Shown one piece after another: positions 39,430 through 52,039 of a stretch of 64,000 bases of DNA (position 1 is its first letter; every line of letters begins with the position of its first letter). The notes below the pieces were generated by a model that was not told the DNA's origin, searched no databases, and saw only the letters and a program-made list of their open reading frames with translations. The position numbers and the translations under genes are program-made. The stretch lies in contig OX597823.1 of the NCBI GenBank assembly GCA_951406725.2, forward strand, positions 10,974,001-11,038,000. Direction: 5' to 3'. Source of the stretch: Octopus vulgaris. Lineage: Eukaryota.

Positions 39430-41489
39430 ACATTATTAAGACACTCTACTGTTTCTGCGATTGCCTTAATAAATGATTAAAATAATTACCATATTTGTCA
39501 CGTACACAAACCAGAATTACATGATTAGAAATTTGGCGGGAAAGCGACACACGGAATGATGAAAAGTAAAGGTGTCTACTGAGGGACTTGAACTCAGAAT
39601 ATAAAGAGCCAGAATGCATATTGATAGGTATTTTATTTCTCGACACTTCTAATTCTGTCTTTATCATAATGATTTAATAAAGATTTCCGACATGTAGACA
39701 ATTAAAGCGATTCCAGTACTTGTAAGGTACTTTACTTTCGCTCGTAATGATGAAAAATAATGTGGAATTTGGCAGGATTTGAACTAAAACATAAATATTT
39801 GAACTAGACTCTACAAAGAATTTATGCCAAGTGTCAGCCGATTCTAAAGTGCAGTTTTAGTTACATCAGAATACACACAATGGCATGACCAAGATTTATT
39901 GGCGACATGCAAACACTACCTATTTAAAATAAACAAGTGATATGTATATACGTATAAAAACAGTCATTAGGTAAGCAATCAAGTCAAATAACCTCTGATA
40001 TTTCCGAGTAAATTGATCAAAAACTAAAAGAAAGTTAGCCAGACATCATAATTATATATTCAAATGGAATATCTTTCCGTCGATGTATAATGATGATACG
40101 TATAACATTACTTGGAAAGAGGTTGGAAATAATGTATAAGCAATCACAATTAAAATGTGAATGCTAGCAGCTGTTACAGCAAACATGAAACAAAAATCTT
40201 GTAAACTTCTTGGTATTGTTTATCAATACATACTACAGCACATATAAATTTGCACAGTACTTTTACTGCGTGGGGCCTCGTGGGTTTCAAAGTGGAGGCT
40301 AAAGGAATCTTAATCGATGCACAGATTCAGAGCAGTCTCGCCACAAAATAAACCCGAATGCTCAGTTTAAGCTAAAAAAAAAAAAAAAAGCGGGAAACAT
40401 TTATACATGATAAAACATAATTCTGCATTCAATCAAGGTTGACGTAGTTGAACCAAATGCTTCAGAAGCAAACGCATAAAAGAGATGAGTCAGAAAGACA
40501 AAAGGGCAGAGAACGTAAATATAGTTTACATGCAAGTCAAAAGTAAACAGCACAACCCTTTCTCTAGAGAGTTCATGAGATGCAAAAAGATTAGTGTTTT
40601 ACATCGCAAACTTCAGTGACGAAAGTGACGAATGAAATTTAATAAAAGTAAGACAACGCGAACTAAAATAACAAAGGCACTTCCGGAAAAATTGGGCGGA
40701 GAAAAAATATTTTCCTGGGAACAGATAAAGAAATATGAGACATAGACAATGAGACCGTATTGTTGACAAGTATGAGTTTCAAAATAGAGACAAGAAGTGC
40801 TGATAACTGAAGCTAAGACCAGTGTTTCGATATCAAATATTGCAAGAAAGCAATGCTATAAATGTCAAAAGAACTTAAATGTTTTATCTGCAGAGAAAAA
40901 TTTAATGATACAATTGATCGTATTCTTTTATGATATCTAATACCGAGAATGTTTGCATAGGCATAATTGAGTAACTGTGTAGGAAAATAGCAAAACCTGT
41001 TAACACTACAAGATTTTTAGCTCTATTTGAAATTAATGGTACGCAGTACTCTAAAAAGTCCTGTATTAAGAATACATTACCCAAAATTTGATTGTGTATA
41101 GGATTATATTTACAATAAATACAAAGATGTATACGCATAATTAACTAAAAAGAGCTACTTTAAAATATCTAATAATGGAAAACTAATGAAAATTACTACA
41201 AAAAAAATGTTAAATACAGAGACAAAGTCTGAGGTTGTGGGAAAACTGGAGAACCAATAACAGAAATAAAGAAAGGGTAAAAGCTCCAGTTAAAAATGGG
41301 GCTGCGGAATGCTCTGCGTTAAAGACGTTAAGAAAAGCAACATGACTAGTACTTGACAAAACTGAGGAGGACGGAAATATAAAGTAAAATCGCGAACTGA
41401 ATGAAAAGCGCGGTTCTCAAAGATGAGGTTGAAGGATTCTTGATCACTGCACAGAATAAAAGCCGGCGCGTAAAAAAAAAGAAAACTAT

Positions 41490-41880
41490 GGAGTGGCTGT
41501 GTGGTAAGAAGTTTGCTTCCCAACCACATGGTTCCGGATTCAGTCCCACTGCGTGGCACCTTGGGTAAGTGTCTTCTACTATAACCTCGGGCCGACTAAA
41601 GCCTTCCCAGCGGATTTGGTTGACGGAACCTGAAATAAGCCCGTTGTATATATATATATATATATGTGTGTTTGTGTGTCTGTGTTTGTACCCCCCTCAT
41701 CATTGCTCGACAACCGATGTTGGTGTGTTTACGTCCCCGTAACTTAGCGGCTCGGCGTAAAGAAACCGATAGAATAAGTACTAGGCTTACAGAAGATAAG
41801 TGCTGGGGTCCAATAGTTGGACTAAAGGCGGTGCTCCAGCATGGCCACAACCAAATGACTGAAACATGTAAAAGAGTAAA
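41490..41880 (+). mobile_element. tRNA-derived SINE, family A
   Basis: Head, core and tail match the other copies. Confidence 0.9.
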
Positions 41881-41991
41881 ATGCTCCGAAAGAGAATACA
41901 TCTTCAGGTATGACAACATGAAGAATTTATACGCCTTTGTGTAAACATTCACCAGAGAAGAATTTAGAGAGCGATAAAGCATGTAAAGACC

Positions 41992-42558
41992 AAGACAAGG
42001 CCCGAAATTTTGGGGAGGGGCTAGTCGATTAGATCGACCCCAGTACGCAACTGGTATTTAATTTATCGACCCCGAAAGGATGAATAACAAAGTCGACCTC
42101 GGTGGTATTTGAACTCAGGACGTAAAGACAGACGAAATACCTATCTCTTTACTACCCACAAGGGGCTAAACAAAGAAGGGACAAACAAGGACAGACAAAT
42201 GGATTAAGTCGATTACATCGACCTCAGTGTGTAACTGGTACTTAATTTATCGACCCCGAAAGGATGAAAGGCAAAGTCGACCTCGGTGGAATTTGAACTC
42301 AGAGCGTATAGACAGACGAAATACCTATTTCTTTACTACCCACAAGGGGCTAAACATAGAGGGGACAAACAAGGACAGACATAAGTATTAAGTCGATTAC
42401 ATCGACCCCAGTGCGTAACTAGTACTTAATTTATCGATCCCGAAAGGATGAAAGGCAAAGTCGACCTCGGCGGAAATTGAACTCAGAACGTAACGGCAGA
42501 CGAAATAAAGCAAAGCATTTCGCCCGGTATGCTAACGTTTCTGCCAGCTCACCGCCTT
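41992..42558 (-). mobile_element. Family-C SINE trimer (one head, three tandem ~180-bp bodies)
   Basis: TTTATCGA(C/T)CCCGAAAGGATGAA-GTCGACCTCGG-TGAACTCAG occurs three times. Head AAGGCGGTGAGCTGGCAGAAACGTTAGC ends at 42558. Confidence 0.88.
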
Positions 42559-43078
42559 AATAATATATCTATATTGACAAGGGGATCGAGGATATTTTTA
42601 TAAAAGCTGATCGAGAATGGAAGTGACTTCGAATCTAAGAATCAATACCAACAGACAAGATGTCTTTAGAGAAATTCTGGAAATATCTCAATCTGAGTAT
42701 CTGAAAATAGAGATAAACACAATGGGAGAAATATTTTGAATAAAATTAAATGTTTATATACAGTGCAGTGATAATTATTTAGCAACTCGTCAAATAAACG
42801 TTATTATTTTTCAACATAACAGGAATCTGTTGATTGAAAAATATAAACGGTGACGGAGAAATATTAATTTTAAAACGCGAGTCAAAATAGAATTAAATAT
42901 TGAATGATATAAATCGCATATATACGTGGAAATAGGTATAATAGTAATAGCGAAGAGAAGAAAAATACTCTTTTAGAAATCGAGAGTTAAGGACAAATAT
43001 GTCGTAAGAGATAAAATTAAAAGTCAGGGATGAATGAGTGTCAAGAAAAATAATTAAATAATAAATGCAATATATATA

Positions 43079-43475
43079 TCTTTATATATAAAAGTGAGGT
43101 TGTGTGCTGTCTGTCTCCTACGATTTAGATTCCTAACTACTCCCACATTTTGCGGTGCAGTTTAACCAAAACCGGGTATCTTATAGTCGTGATTCATATC
43201 GAGCCCTTCTGGGTATTAGCGCGCATCTACGATGAGTCTACGATTTTAAAAAAAATTACCATCAATTTTTCCCATTTTTTAATGCATTTTTGGCACATAT
43301 AAGGGAAGTAACTCTCTAAAAATTTATTATTAAATCTCAGAACGTAAAAAGCTACAGTAACACCCCCCCCCTTTGTGGTTAGCCATATTGAGATGGCTAT
43401 TATACTTTACATCTCTAAAAATGCTTATATAGTTATTTCCCTTACAAACCCGAGCAACGCCGGGCGATACAGCTA

Positions 43476-43476
<1 letters not shown>
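43079..43476 (+). mobile_element. Non-autonomous Helitron, copy 4
   Basis: TCTTTATATATAAAAG ... CCCGAGCAACGCCGGG ... CTAG|T. Confidence 0.9.
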
Positions 43477-43515
<39 letters not shown>

Positions 43516-44165
43516 CTTATTTTGAAGTAGGAGAGTTGCAGGCAAAAAGAGAAACACGTTTAAGGAAAAAAAGGAAGAGAGAAGAAAAAAGAAAAAGGGA
43601 GAAGGAAGAGAAGAAGAACAAAGAAAAAATAAAGAAGTGATAGGAGCTTAGTTAAAAGGTACTGGTAGTTGATAGTTACAAAGGACAACTTGTATCAAAT
43701 ATAGTTAGACAAGCAAAGTTCATAGAAGAGGCAGAAATGATTAGAAAGCATTTAATAGATATAGAAATTAAATAGGAACATAATAGTATTATTTGGAGTT
43801 GGTACTAAGGAGACAAAAAACCAAACAAAATATTTAAATGTCGGGTACTTGGTCACAGAAAAAAGATGTCGACAAAATCAAGATGAAGGAAATTCACGGA
43901 GATGGAACAAATATAAATGGAGATATGTAAAAAGTATCAAAATAATTTATTCAAGGCGAAATAATTCTTAAAGGAGTGATAAAATATATATAAATATGTA
44001 TGCAATGAGCATCCTGGTGGATAAAGTTCATCTCAAAAAATAAAAAAGATTTTTAAAAGAACACCCAGTTATAATGTTATATAGGTGGAATGTGGAGGTC
44101 GAAAGGAAACAACTCAAATACAAGATTAGAAAAATGCGAGAATACGTCTTACATATTCAAAGTTA

Positions 44166-44890
44166 CGAAGGCTGGCTGAAAAGTTTATAAACTGAGCGAG
44201 ATACTTTCTTAGATTGTAATCAAATGAGGTTTATTTTTCAGCTTCTTCCATCGGTGCTGCAATGCTTGCACCCCATTGGTGAAGAAGCTTACATCCTGTT
44301 GGTTAAAAAAGTGCTCAACAGCAGATATGTCAACATCATCACTGCAATACAGGCTCCCAGTCAAGTGGGGTTTTTTTCAATTTAAGGAACAGATGATAAT
44401 CAGATAGGGCCAAATGAGGAGAATTGTGAAGCCACAGTTCAAAGCCACAGTCACACACAGCAGCTATTGAAACCAAAGGCTTGTGTGCTGGAGCATTGTT
44501 CCTATGAAATAAGACCCCTTTCGTCAGTTTTCCTGGGTGTTTGGTCTTCATAGGCTTTCGTAACTTTTGAAGAGTCAATAAACACACTCAATGCCTTTGC
44601 ATTCTAAAAAAACTGAGGCCATTACCTTTCCGGCAGAAGAAGCGATCTTAGCCTTCTTTGGAGCAGGTGAAGAGGGTGTTTCCATTGTACGGATTGCCTC
44701 TTTGTCTCTGACTCAAACCCAACGTTCATTCTAGGTTGAATAACGATCAAAAAAACTAACTGGATCTGCTTCAGATAATGTCAGATTTGCCCATGGTATG
44801 ATCAGCCTGGTGAGCTTTTGATCAGGTCTCAAAAAATAGCCACCGAACAGAAACGTTCGTCATGTCAAGGCTTTAGCGAAACCGTTTCAG
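44166..44890 (-). mobile_element. Mariner transposase remnant with one TIR
   Basis: GVLFHRNNAPAHK...NSPHLALSDYHLFLKLKK (HDNAxxH and YSPDLAPSDYHLF motifs). End reads TA|CGAAGGCTGGCTGAAAAGTT. Confidence 0.85.
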
Positions 44891-44894
44891 ATTC

Positions 44895-45245
44895 TTTTCC
44901 AGAGGTCTTTGCAGTGGTTAATCTTCCTAAAAAGCTGAAAGGTGGCATCATATGCCTTGTCCATAAGGGTGGAAGCAGAGTAGAAGCTAAAAATTACAGG
45001 TTCAATGTTCTGCAAAAAAAAAAATTAAGAAACCTGCACAAAGTGAATATGGATGTTTTCAAAAGGAAATTGGACATTCTCCTCTCCACGATACCAGACG
45101 AACCTCCGTTCCGATATGAAATACAGGCGAGGGCGGTGTAGTTATACAGCAAATGAGCCAACCACCAGAAAAACAGCTCATGCAACAGTGGTGACATGAA
45201 ATCCTACCATGCAGAAGAAATCAATCACATAAGAGAGTTGTAGAA
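44895..45245 (+). mobile_element. CR1/Jockey-group LINE deletion derivative
   Basis: PKKLKGGIICLVHKGGSRVEAKNYR (RT start) joined directly to FNVL...FKRKLDILLSTIPDEP (ORF2 end). Confidence 0.75.
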
Positions 45246-45769
45246 AGGATACAAGGACGCGGTGGTGCTCCAGCATGACCGCAGCCGCATAGCTATATAC
45301 ACGTACATGTGTTTGTGTGTGCGTGTGTGTGTGTGTGTGTAGTTTTGGTGCTGTCGAGTCAACAAATATTCTGTGCTGGGATTTACTTCGCGCCACATTT
45401 TGACTTCATTCCCCCTATTGCTATATCAAATTTTACTTTAAGCGCATTGTTGGGCGTCGTAAGTGAAATTAGAACTCTTTTCTTTGGTATACTAAGATGT
45501 TATAACAAGTAAGATGTGTCAACTGCCTCAAACATCCCACAAAATCACAATCCAAATGCGATGCCGTTTTAAGTGTTAACTTAATCTGACAGAAATAATA
45601 GTTTAATCTTCCTCAGACAGACTAAAAGAAGAACAGCTGAAACAATGTAGACTTCTAAGTACATCATCTGAAACAAATGAATGAGCTGGTCATTGTGGAA
45701 TGGCAAGGCTGTTGATCAGACTCACCTTGGGCTAAACAACAATTTCAATAATAATCCTTTCTACTGTTG

Positions 45770-45976
45770 ACACAAGGCCTAAAATCTTGGAGGGGAAAGC
45801 CAGACGATTACATCGACTCAGTGCTCAACTGGTACTTATTATATTGACATAGAAAGGATGAAAGTCAAAGTCAACATTGACATCGGCAGAATGCGAACTC
45901 AGAACGTAAAGCCAGAAGAAATACCGGTTAAGCATTTTATCCGGCGTGCTAACGGTTCTGCCAGCTCGGCGCCTTG
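45770..45976 (-). mobile_element. Family-C SINE
   Basis: Head and core match 41992-42558. Confidence 0.8.
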
Positions 45977-46570
45977 AACAATAGTAGTGATGACAACAAC
46001 AACAACTGACATAATCTGTTTGATTTTATTAATTAATATTCCTGTAATAAAAGATTTCGAGAGAACGTGATCACCTTTCAGATATGCCTAAACCCTCCTA
46101 AAATTTCTCATCCTGTATTTCCAAACAACTTTTTAAGATTATTCTCAGTAATTTTGTAACCAACAAGGTAATGCTATAAAAATATGTGCTTTTTAGAGAT
46201 CTGCACTTAGAGCTGTCTGTGAATAAATTTCCAAATATTTTTATCGAATATAGCTGAATTAACGAACTCAACGTCAAGATTATGACTTCAAACATCAGTA
46301 GAAATATTTCTAAAGGAAATTGATTACAAGCCCGACAGAATAATTTATTCCAGAAACGCTGCTGCTTTTCCAGTTAAACTTTCATAATACTGATGAGAAA
46401 TTTCATTCTAAATGAATAATTTCAGTGTTCACGGAGTTGTACAACGGTCATTGGCTTGCTGAAATACATTAATACATTATAAAATTATTACGCTTCGGTC
46501 TACTTTGACTTCCGTTAATATGGCTGCCAAAATGTTACGTTGCAGTAACTTCCTCTGAAATGGCACTAAC

Positions 46571-46679
46571 CTCTAACATATGTCAATCTATCATATAACT
46601 AAATTCCAGATATTGCCTATTTTTAACAATTCTAAATTCTAATATACGATCATAAAATAATAATGATCGAATTTTTTCC
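46571..46679 (-). CDS. Candidate exon EKIRSLLFYDRILEFRIVKNRQYLEFSYMID*HMLE
   Basis: Acceptor ttgtatttag, donor GAG|gttagt, phase 2 to 0, matching the upstream exon 51178-51114. One in-frame TGA. Confidence 0.4.
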
Positions 46680-46871
46680 CTAAATACAAACATCGTCAAT
46701 TATATGTAGAAGACAGAGATATTCAATTGATTTGTCTTCATATGTACATACATATATACATATATACATACATACACACACACACACACACATACACATA
46801 TATATATATATTTATATATATATATACATAAATGTACATATATATGTGTGTATGTATATACATACATTATA

Positions 46872-46907
<36 letters not shown>

Positions 46908-47010
46908 CACATATATATATATACATACATATATATATATATATATACATACATATATACATATACATAAATATACATATATATGTATATATATATATAT
47001 ACATACATAC

Positions 47011-47045
<35 letters not shown>

Positions 47046-47299
47046 TACTAGAGTTTTAGGACAACAACTGGCGTCTTAAAGCTTAAAACATCAAAATTTG
47101 AAACTAGAAATTTAATCTGTTGCGCAGCCATTTCTGTTGACTGTGTCATACATCTACTGCGGGAAGAGTCAATCAAGGGACACTGAACTTAACCAGAAGA
47201 CACGAACGAAGGCATACCACTAACCCTTTCGAGTTGAAATAAAGTACTCAGATCTCCCACAATTTACATCATCATGCTTTGAAAATGTCATTTAGATAC

Positions 47300-47805
47300 T
47301 TAGATAGGTTTCGGTCTTATTGGCCCAGGCCATAGCTAACTTAATAGTAATGTACTTATTAATACATTTTTGTATAGTTATTTTTAGGCACAATTGCCCA
47401 TTCGATTAAAGAGTTCTTGTTTGCAGCAGTATATCTGGGTGTAGGTGGTTTATCTGGAATTTGTTGGAGATATTCATCCAGGAACTTTTTGAAGGTTATG
47501 AAATCTTTTTCCACGTTTATATGTTTTGGAATGATGTTAAAAAGAGCAGGTCCAGTTAAGAAGTAGTTCTGTCTCAGTGTTGTGAGTTGCCAAGAGCATG
47601 ATTTCTGTAGAGAACGCATGGCACGGGGACCAAGCCTTGGGTGGATTTTAAAAGTGATAGCAGTATACTTTGGGCCATACTGTCGGAACAATTTCCACAT
47701 CATACAAATAATAAAGCGCTCTCGGTGGCGCTAGAGAGAATACAGTTTGAGATTCGCGAGTCGATTCCAATAATTTAGACCAGACAAGCCATCAATTTTT
47801 TGCGA
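47300..47805 (-). mobile_element. CR1/Jockey-group LINE 3' end
   Basis: YWNRLANLKLYSL*RHRERFII...GPALFNIIPKHI...FKKFLDEYLQQIPDKP. Confidence 0.85.
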
Positions 47806-47899
47806 AATATGATCCTACATATATCATACTTGAAAAGAAAAATGGCATGTTGATAGTCAGTCTGTGCTAATTGAGAGGTTGACTAGACATTGACACCAA

Positions 47900-48065
47900 G
47901 AACAGCAACAACGACAAATGAGGGTTCAGTAAAATAAAGCAATAATCATGTTCTATGGACACTAATGTGTCTCTTGAGGCCTGCTGGTGCCTTGCAAACC
48001 TTTTGGCAAATGGAAAAATATTGAGGATTCTGTTTGAGTGCTTGTGGATCATTTACTACGTGTCT
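47900..48065 (-). mobile_element. RTE-like 3' end with a degenerate zinc finger
   Basis: FSICQKVCKAPAGLKRHISVH. Confidence 0.55.
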
Positions 48066-48082
48066 GTATATATATATATATG

Positions 48083-48636
48083 TCAGGTCGCTTTCGAGTG
48101 CTACTGGTAACATGTAACCCAGTACAACCTGTTGCATGGTCGGGTTGTCGGCGACTAAACCGGTAGCCCCACCAAGCTTGCTTAGTGAGGAAGGTGTTTA
48201 TTGGACATCCTGCCGGATGAAAAACAAAACCCGACAAAGGGCAGAGGAACTCTTGAGAGTCAACGGCCATCCAATAAATGTCTTAAGACTGTATCATGCG
48301 CGGGGACATAGAAATAATCGGACTGAATATCCGAACGCGCGATTAAACCATTGGGAGTGAAGGACTCCTAGCCTTTGTTAGGGCATCCTTCTAGGAGAAG
48401 GTAACTCAGGTAACTGGGATGACTCCGACATAAAACCTGCGGCTCAGTGGTTACCGATGATGTTGACTTGTTCTTCTTTTCGGATTATGGCTGCTGTTAC
48501 TTAGTGAGTGGGATTGACTCAGTGCACAGCCTTTCCTCACTTTCAAAAAAAATCTTCTTGCACAGGCATTGCACGATAACAACATTGATTAAGCTTCGTG
48601 CAATGGCCATACTCGATAACGAGGGGGCAGCCACCA
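48083..48636 (+). mobile_element. Non-autonomous RTE derivative (5' UTR joined to the 3' tail)
   Basis: RTE-type 5' UTR motif GGGCATCCTTCTAGGAGAAGGTAACTC. The 3' tail is nearly identical to 28701-28745. Confidence 0.7.
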
Positions 48637-49335
48637 TATATATATATATGAGGTGGTCCTCAAATAGAGTTTGGCAAATTAACTTAGAAGCATTTCTGTG
48701 CATCTTTGGTTACCAGATTGCATGGAAAAAGAGTATCGTAGATCATTCAGTTGGTCACCATGGCATCCATACTCACTTAAACAATTAAATTGATTCCAGA
48801 TACTCAGCACATCCGTGTACGTATCAAAAATATGACTGGTACATATTATGCATTGTAACATTTAGCAAACAAAAAGAATGGCTAACTCAAAACACCACTA
48901 TACACATTTCTATAGCTTGTTATTTAAGACAAATGCAAAATACGTTGCATAATACGTGACCTAACACTGTCACATCAATGCAGATTTTGTACATTAAACT
49001 TCCTATTATCCTTCAATTCACCGCTCATGCATATTTTTCCTTCATCTCACTCTCGACTCTGACTTGTTCTCTTATTCATTCTATTCGTCTTTTCTACTAC
49101 CTTCTCACACTGTTTCTCCTTACACTTCTTGTTCCCGTATGAAGCTCATGTGGTCCTGTGCTCCTGATTAGCAGCAGCCAGTTGTTTTTAACTAAAAATG
49201 TTTTTTAGGAAAAAAAACAAACAAAAATTGCTGTCTCGAACTAATTTCTTTCTATTTAACGTGTTCCCTGAAAATGACTATCAGAAACATTTGATTTTCT
49301 ACACCCACACCAGGTTCACTGTACTCTTTTCTATC

Positions 49336-49585
<250 letters not shown>

Positions 49586-49595
49586 ATATATATAT

Positions 49596-49886
49596 ATGGC
49601 CCAGTGGTTACGGCGCGGACTCGCGGTCGTAGGATCGCGGTTTCGATTCCCAGACCTGGCGTTGTGAGTGTTTATTGAGCGAAAACACCTAAAGCTCCAC
49701 GTGGCCCCGGCAGGTGGTGGTGGTGATCCCTGCTGTACTCTTTCGCCACAACTTTCTTCACACTTTCTTCTGTTGGCCTGCTCGCTTAGCCAGTGGGGTG
49801 GCGTCATTTGAAGGCTAAAACAATGCGAAGCGCATTGTGACCAGCGATGTGTAGCAACATCTGATAGCCTGGTCGGTCGCGGTGAT
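49596..49886 (+). mobile_element. SINE with a family-B head and an alternative tail
   Basis: ATGGCCCAGTGGTTA...GGTTTCGATTCCCAGACC head; diverges from the other copies after about 49765. Confidence 0.88.
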
Positions 49887-50378
49887 ATATATATATATAT
49901 ACATTCGATAAACCACTCTGCCAGAGATACGGTGAGGTTATGGGACTTCAACATGGCGGATTGTGAAGAGGTAGCGGAAGAGCCCAAATGAGCCAACGGT
50001 GCTTCTTACATTGATGCTGAGCAGAGTAATCCTCGAAGATCAACGGTAAGGATCATCAAGCTCTATTAAGGGAGGAACTGCGGCGTCCACGGTTGGGTAA
50101 TCAACTAATGAAAGATTCACCACGACTCATGATCTCAATTCAAATTCATAATAATGGAAATGGATGGCGTCAGAGTCATGGTAATCTGTGAAAACAGCAC
50201 GACCGAAGAAGTATAGATGCGTAGGTAAGAATCTGCTTCGCTACTGCGTGATTCTGGTTTCAAACGTAGACCTCAGCAACTTAGTCAAGTGAGTGTCTTC
50301 TACTATAGCCTTTTGTGGACCATATATATGAGTATGTATGTCTCTGTGTTTGAACCACTGAGCCATGCGTCTCGTGAA

Positions 50379-50636
50379 GGAGTACATGGCTCAGTGGTTA
50401 GAGCGTCGAGCTTACGATCGTGAGGTTGTGAGTTCGAATCCCGGGCCGGGCTGCGTGTTGCTCCAGTTCACTCAGTTGTAGAAGTGAGTTGCGACGTCAC
50501 AGGTGCCAAGCTGCATCGGCCTTTGCCTTTCCCTGGGATAACACTGGTGGCGTGGAGAGGGGAGGCCGGTATGCATGGGTGACTGCTGGTCTTCCATAAA
50601 CAACCTTGCCCGGACTTGTGCCTAGGAGGGTAACTA
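50379..50636 (+). mobile_element. tRNA-derived SINE, family D
   Basis: TGGCTCAGTGGTTAGAGC (A box) and GAGTTCGAATCCC (B box). The tail matches 59783-59963 (minus). Confidence 0.85.
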
Positions 50637-50817
50637 TGGTCTCCGCAAGTGTCTCTGTGTTTGAGTATATGTGCTAGTAGGCGTGTCAATATTTAAAGCA
50701 CTTTAAAATCAAGTGTCCCTTTATGTGCTATCAGTTCAACAAATAGAGCTTGATCATACATACATACATACATACATACATACATACATACATACATACA
50801 TACATACAAACACACAT

Positions 50818-50850
<33 letters not shown>

Positions 50851-50889
50851 CAAACATGCAAATAGATAGATAGACAGACAGACATGCAA

Positions 50890-50952
<63 letters not shown>

Positions 50953-51023
50953 CATAGATAGATAGATAGATAGATAGATAGACAGACAGAGACATGCAAA
51001 TAGATAGACAGACAGGCATACAA

Positions 51024-51101
<78 letters not shown>

Positions 51102-51288
51102 TGGCACATTCACCTACAGCTTAGGATTATTTCATCTTATTTTGTTAGTGTTACATCTATTTTTGAAGCAATAACAATCTACATAAATTGTTATTAGCGA
51201 ACAGAGTAAAGTTTCACTTAGTCTAAACCAACATGGTTGATGACTGTGAAGTTGTCTATTGCTGTTGTTGCCTTTATTGTCGTAGCTG

Positions 51289-51355
<67 letters not shown>

Positions 51356-51452
51356 CCTTCTTCGGTTTACTACTTTCGATAATGATAGTTTGTTAATTGA
51401 AGCTGACATGCAATGACAAGCTTAGTGAATTACAACAATTCTACTGCAATGG

Positions 51453-51459
51453 TAATAAC

Positions 51460-51553
<94 letters not shown>

Positions 51554-51555
51554 GC

Positions 51556-51593
<38 letters not shown>

Positions 51594-51615
51594 TAACAAT
51601 AGCAATAACAATAAC

Positions 51616-51653
<38 letters not shown>

Positions 51654-51663
51654 TAACAATAAC

Positions 51664-51698
<35 letters not shown>

Positions 51699-51708
51699 TA
51701 ACAATAAC

Positions 51709-51768
<60 letters not shown>

Positions 51769-51811
51769 GAGAAGAAGAAGAAGAAGAAGAAGAAGAAGAA
51801 GAAAAAGAAGG

Positions 51812-51843
<32 letters not shown>

Positions 51844-51931
51844 AAGAAGAAGAAGAAGAAGAAGAAGAAGAAGAAGAAGAGGAGGAAGAAGAAGAAGAAG
51901 AAGAAGAAGAAGAAGAAGAAGAAGAAGAAGA
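51453..51931. repeat. (AAT)n followed by (AAG)n
   Basis: Seen directly; source of the poly-N/K, poly-I/R and poly-L/F pseudo-ORFs. Confidence 0.97.
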
Positions 51932-51935
51932 GTAC

Positions 51936-52039
51936 TGTCAGTGACATTAACACATTTATAGTGTCAGCCACAACATATGGTTCTTTTGGTATTGGACTGT
52001 AACGTAGCAAACCTAGATTCCAAGCGTAATTCGAGAAAC
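51936..52039 (-). CDS. Candidate exon xFSNYAWNLGLLRYSPIPKEPYVVADTINVLMSLT (like the start of the BPI C-terminal domain)
   Basis: Acceptor ttatttttattag; phase 1 to 0; open frame; weak donor GTACTC next to (TTC)n. Confidence 0.45.

Larger units (their letters stand above)
40430..42720 (+). mobile_element. Decayed R4-like LINE interrupted by SINEs
   Basis: MKSAVLKDEVEGFLITAQNKS at about 41.4 kb and REYIFRYDN at about 41.9 kb match the motifs around the RLE-LINE zinc knuckle. The outer boundaries are uncertain. Confidence 0.5.

Noticed and set aside
48679-48861. ORF with QLNDLRYSF, resembling a DNA-transposon protein
   Set aside because: Too short and diverged to assign.
50379-50455. tRNA gene (TAC anticodon-like)
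   Set aside because: The acceptor stem does not pair and the sequence runs straight into a SINE body. The same applies to the other tRNA-like heads.
51397-52002. Poly-N/poly-K and poly-I/poly-R ORFs
   Set aside because: They are (AAT)n and (AAG)n triplet repeats.
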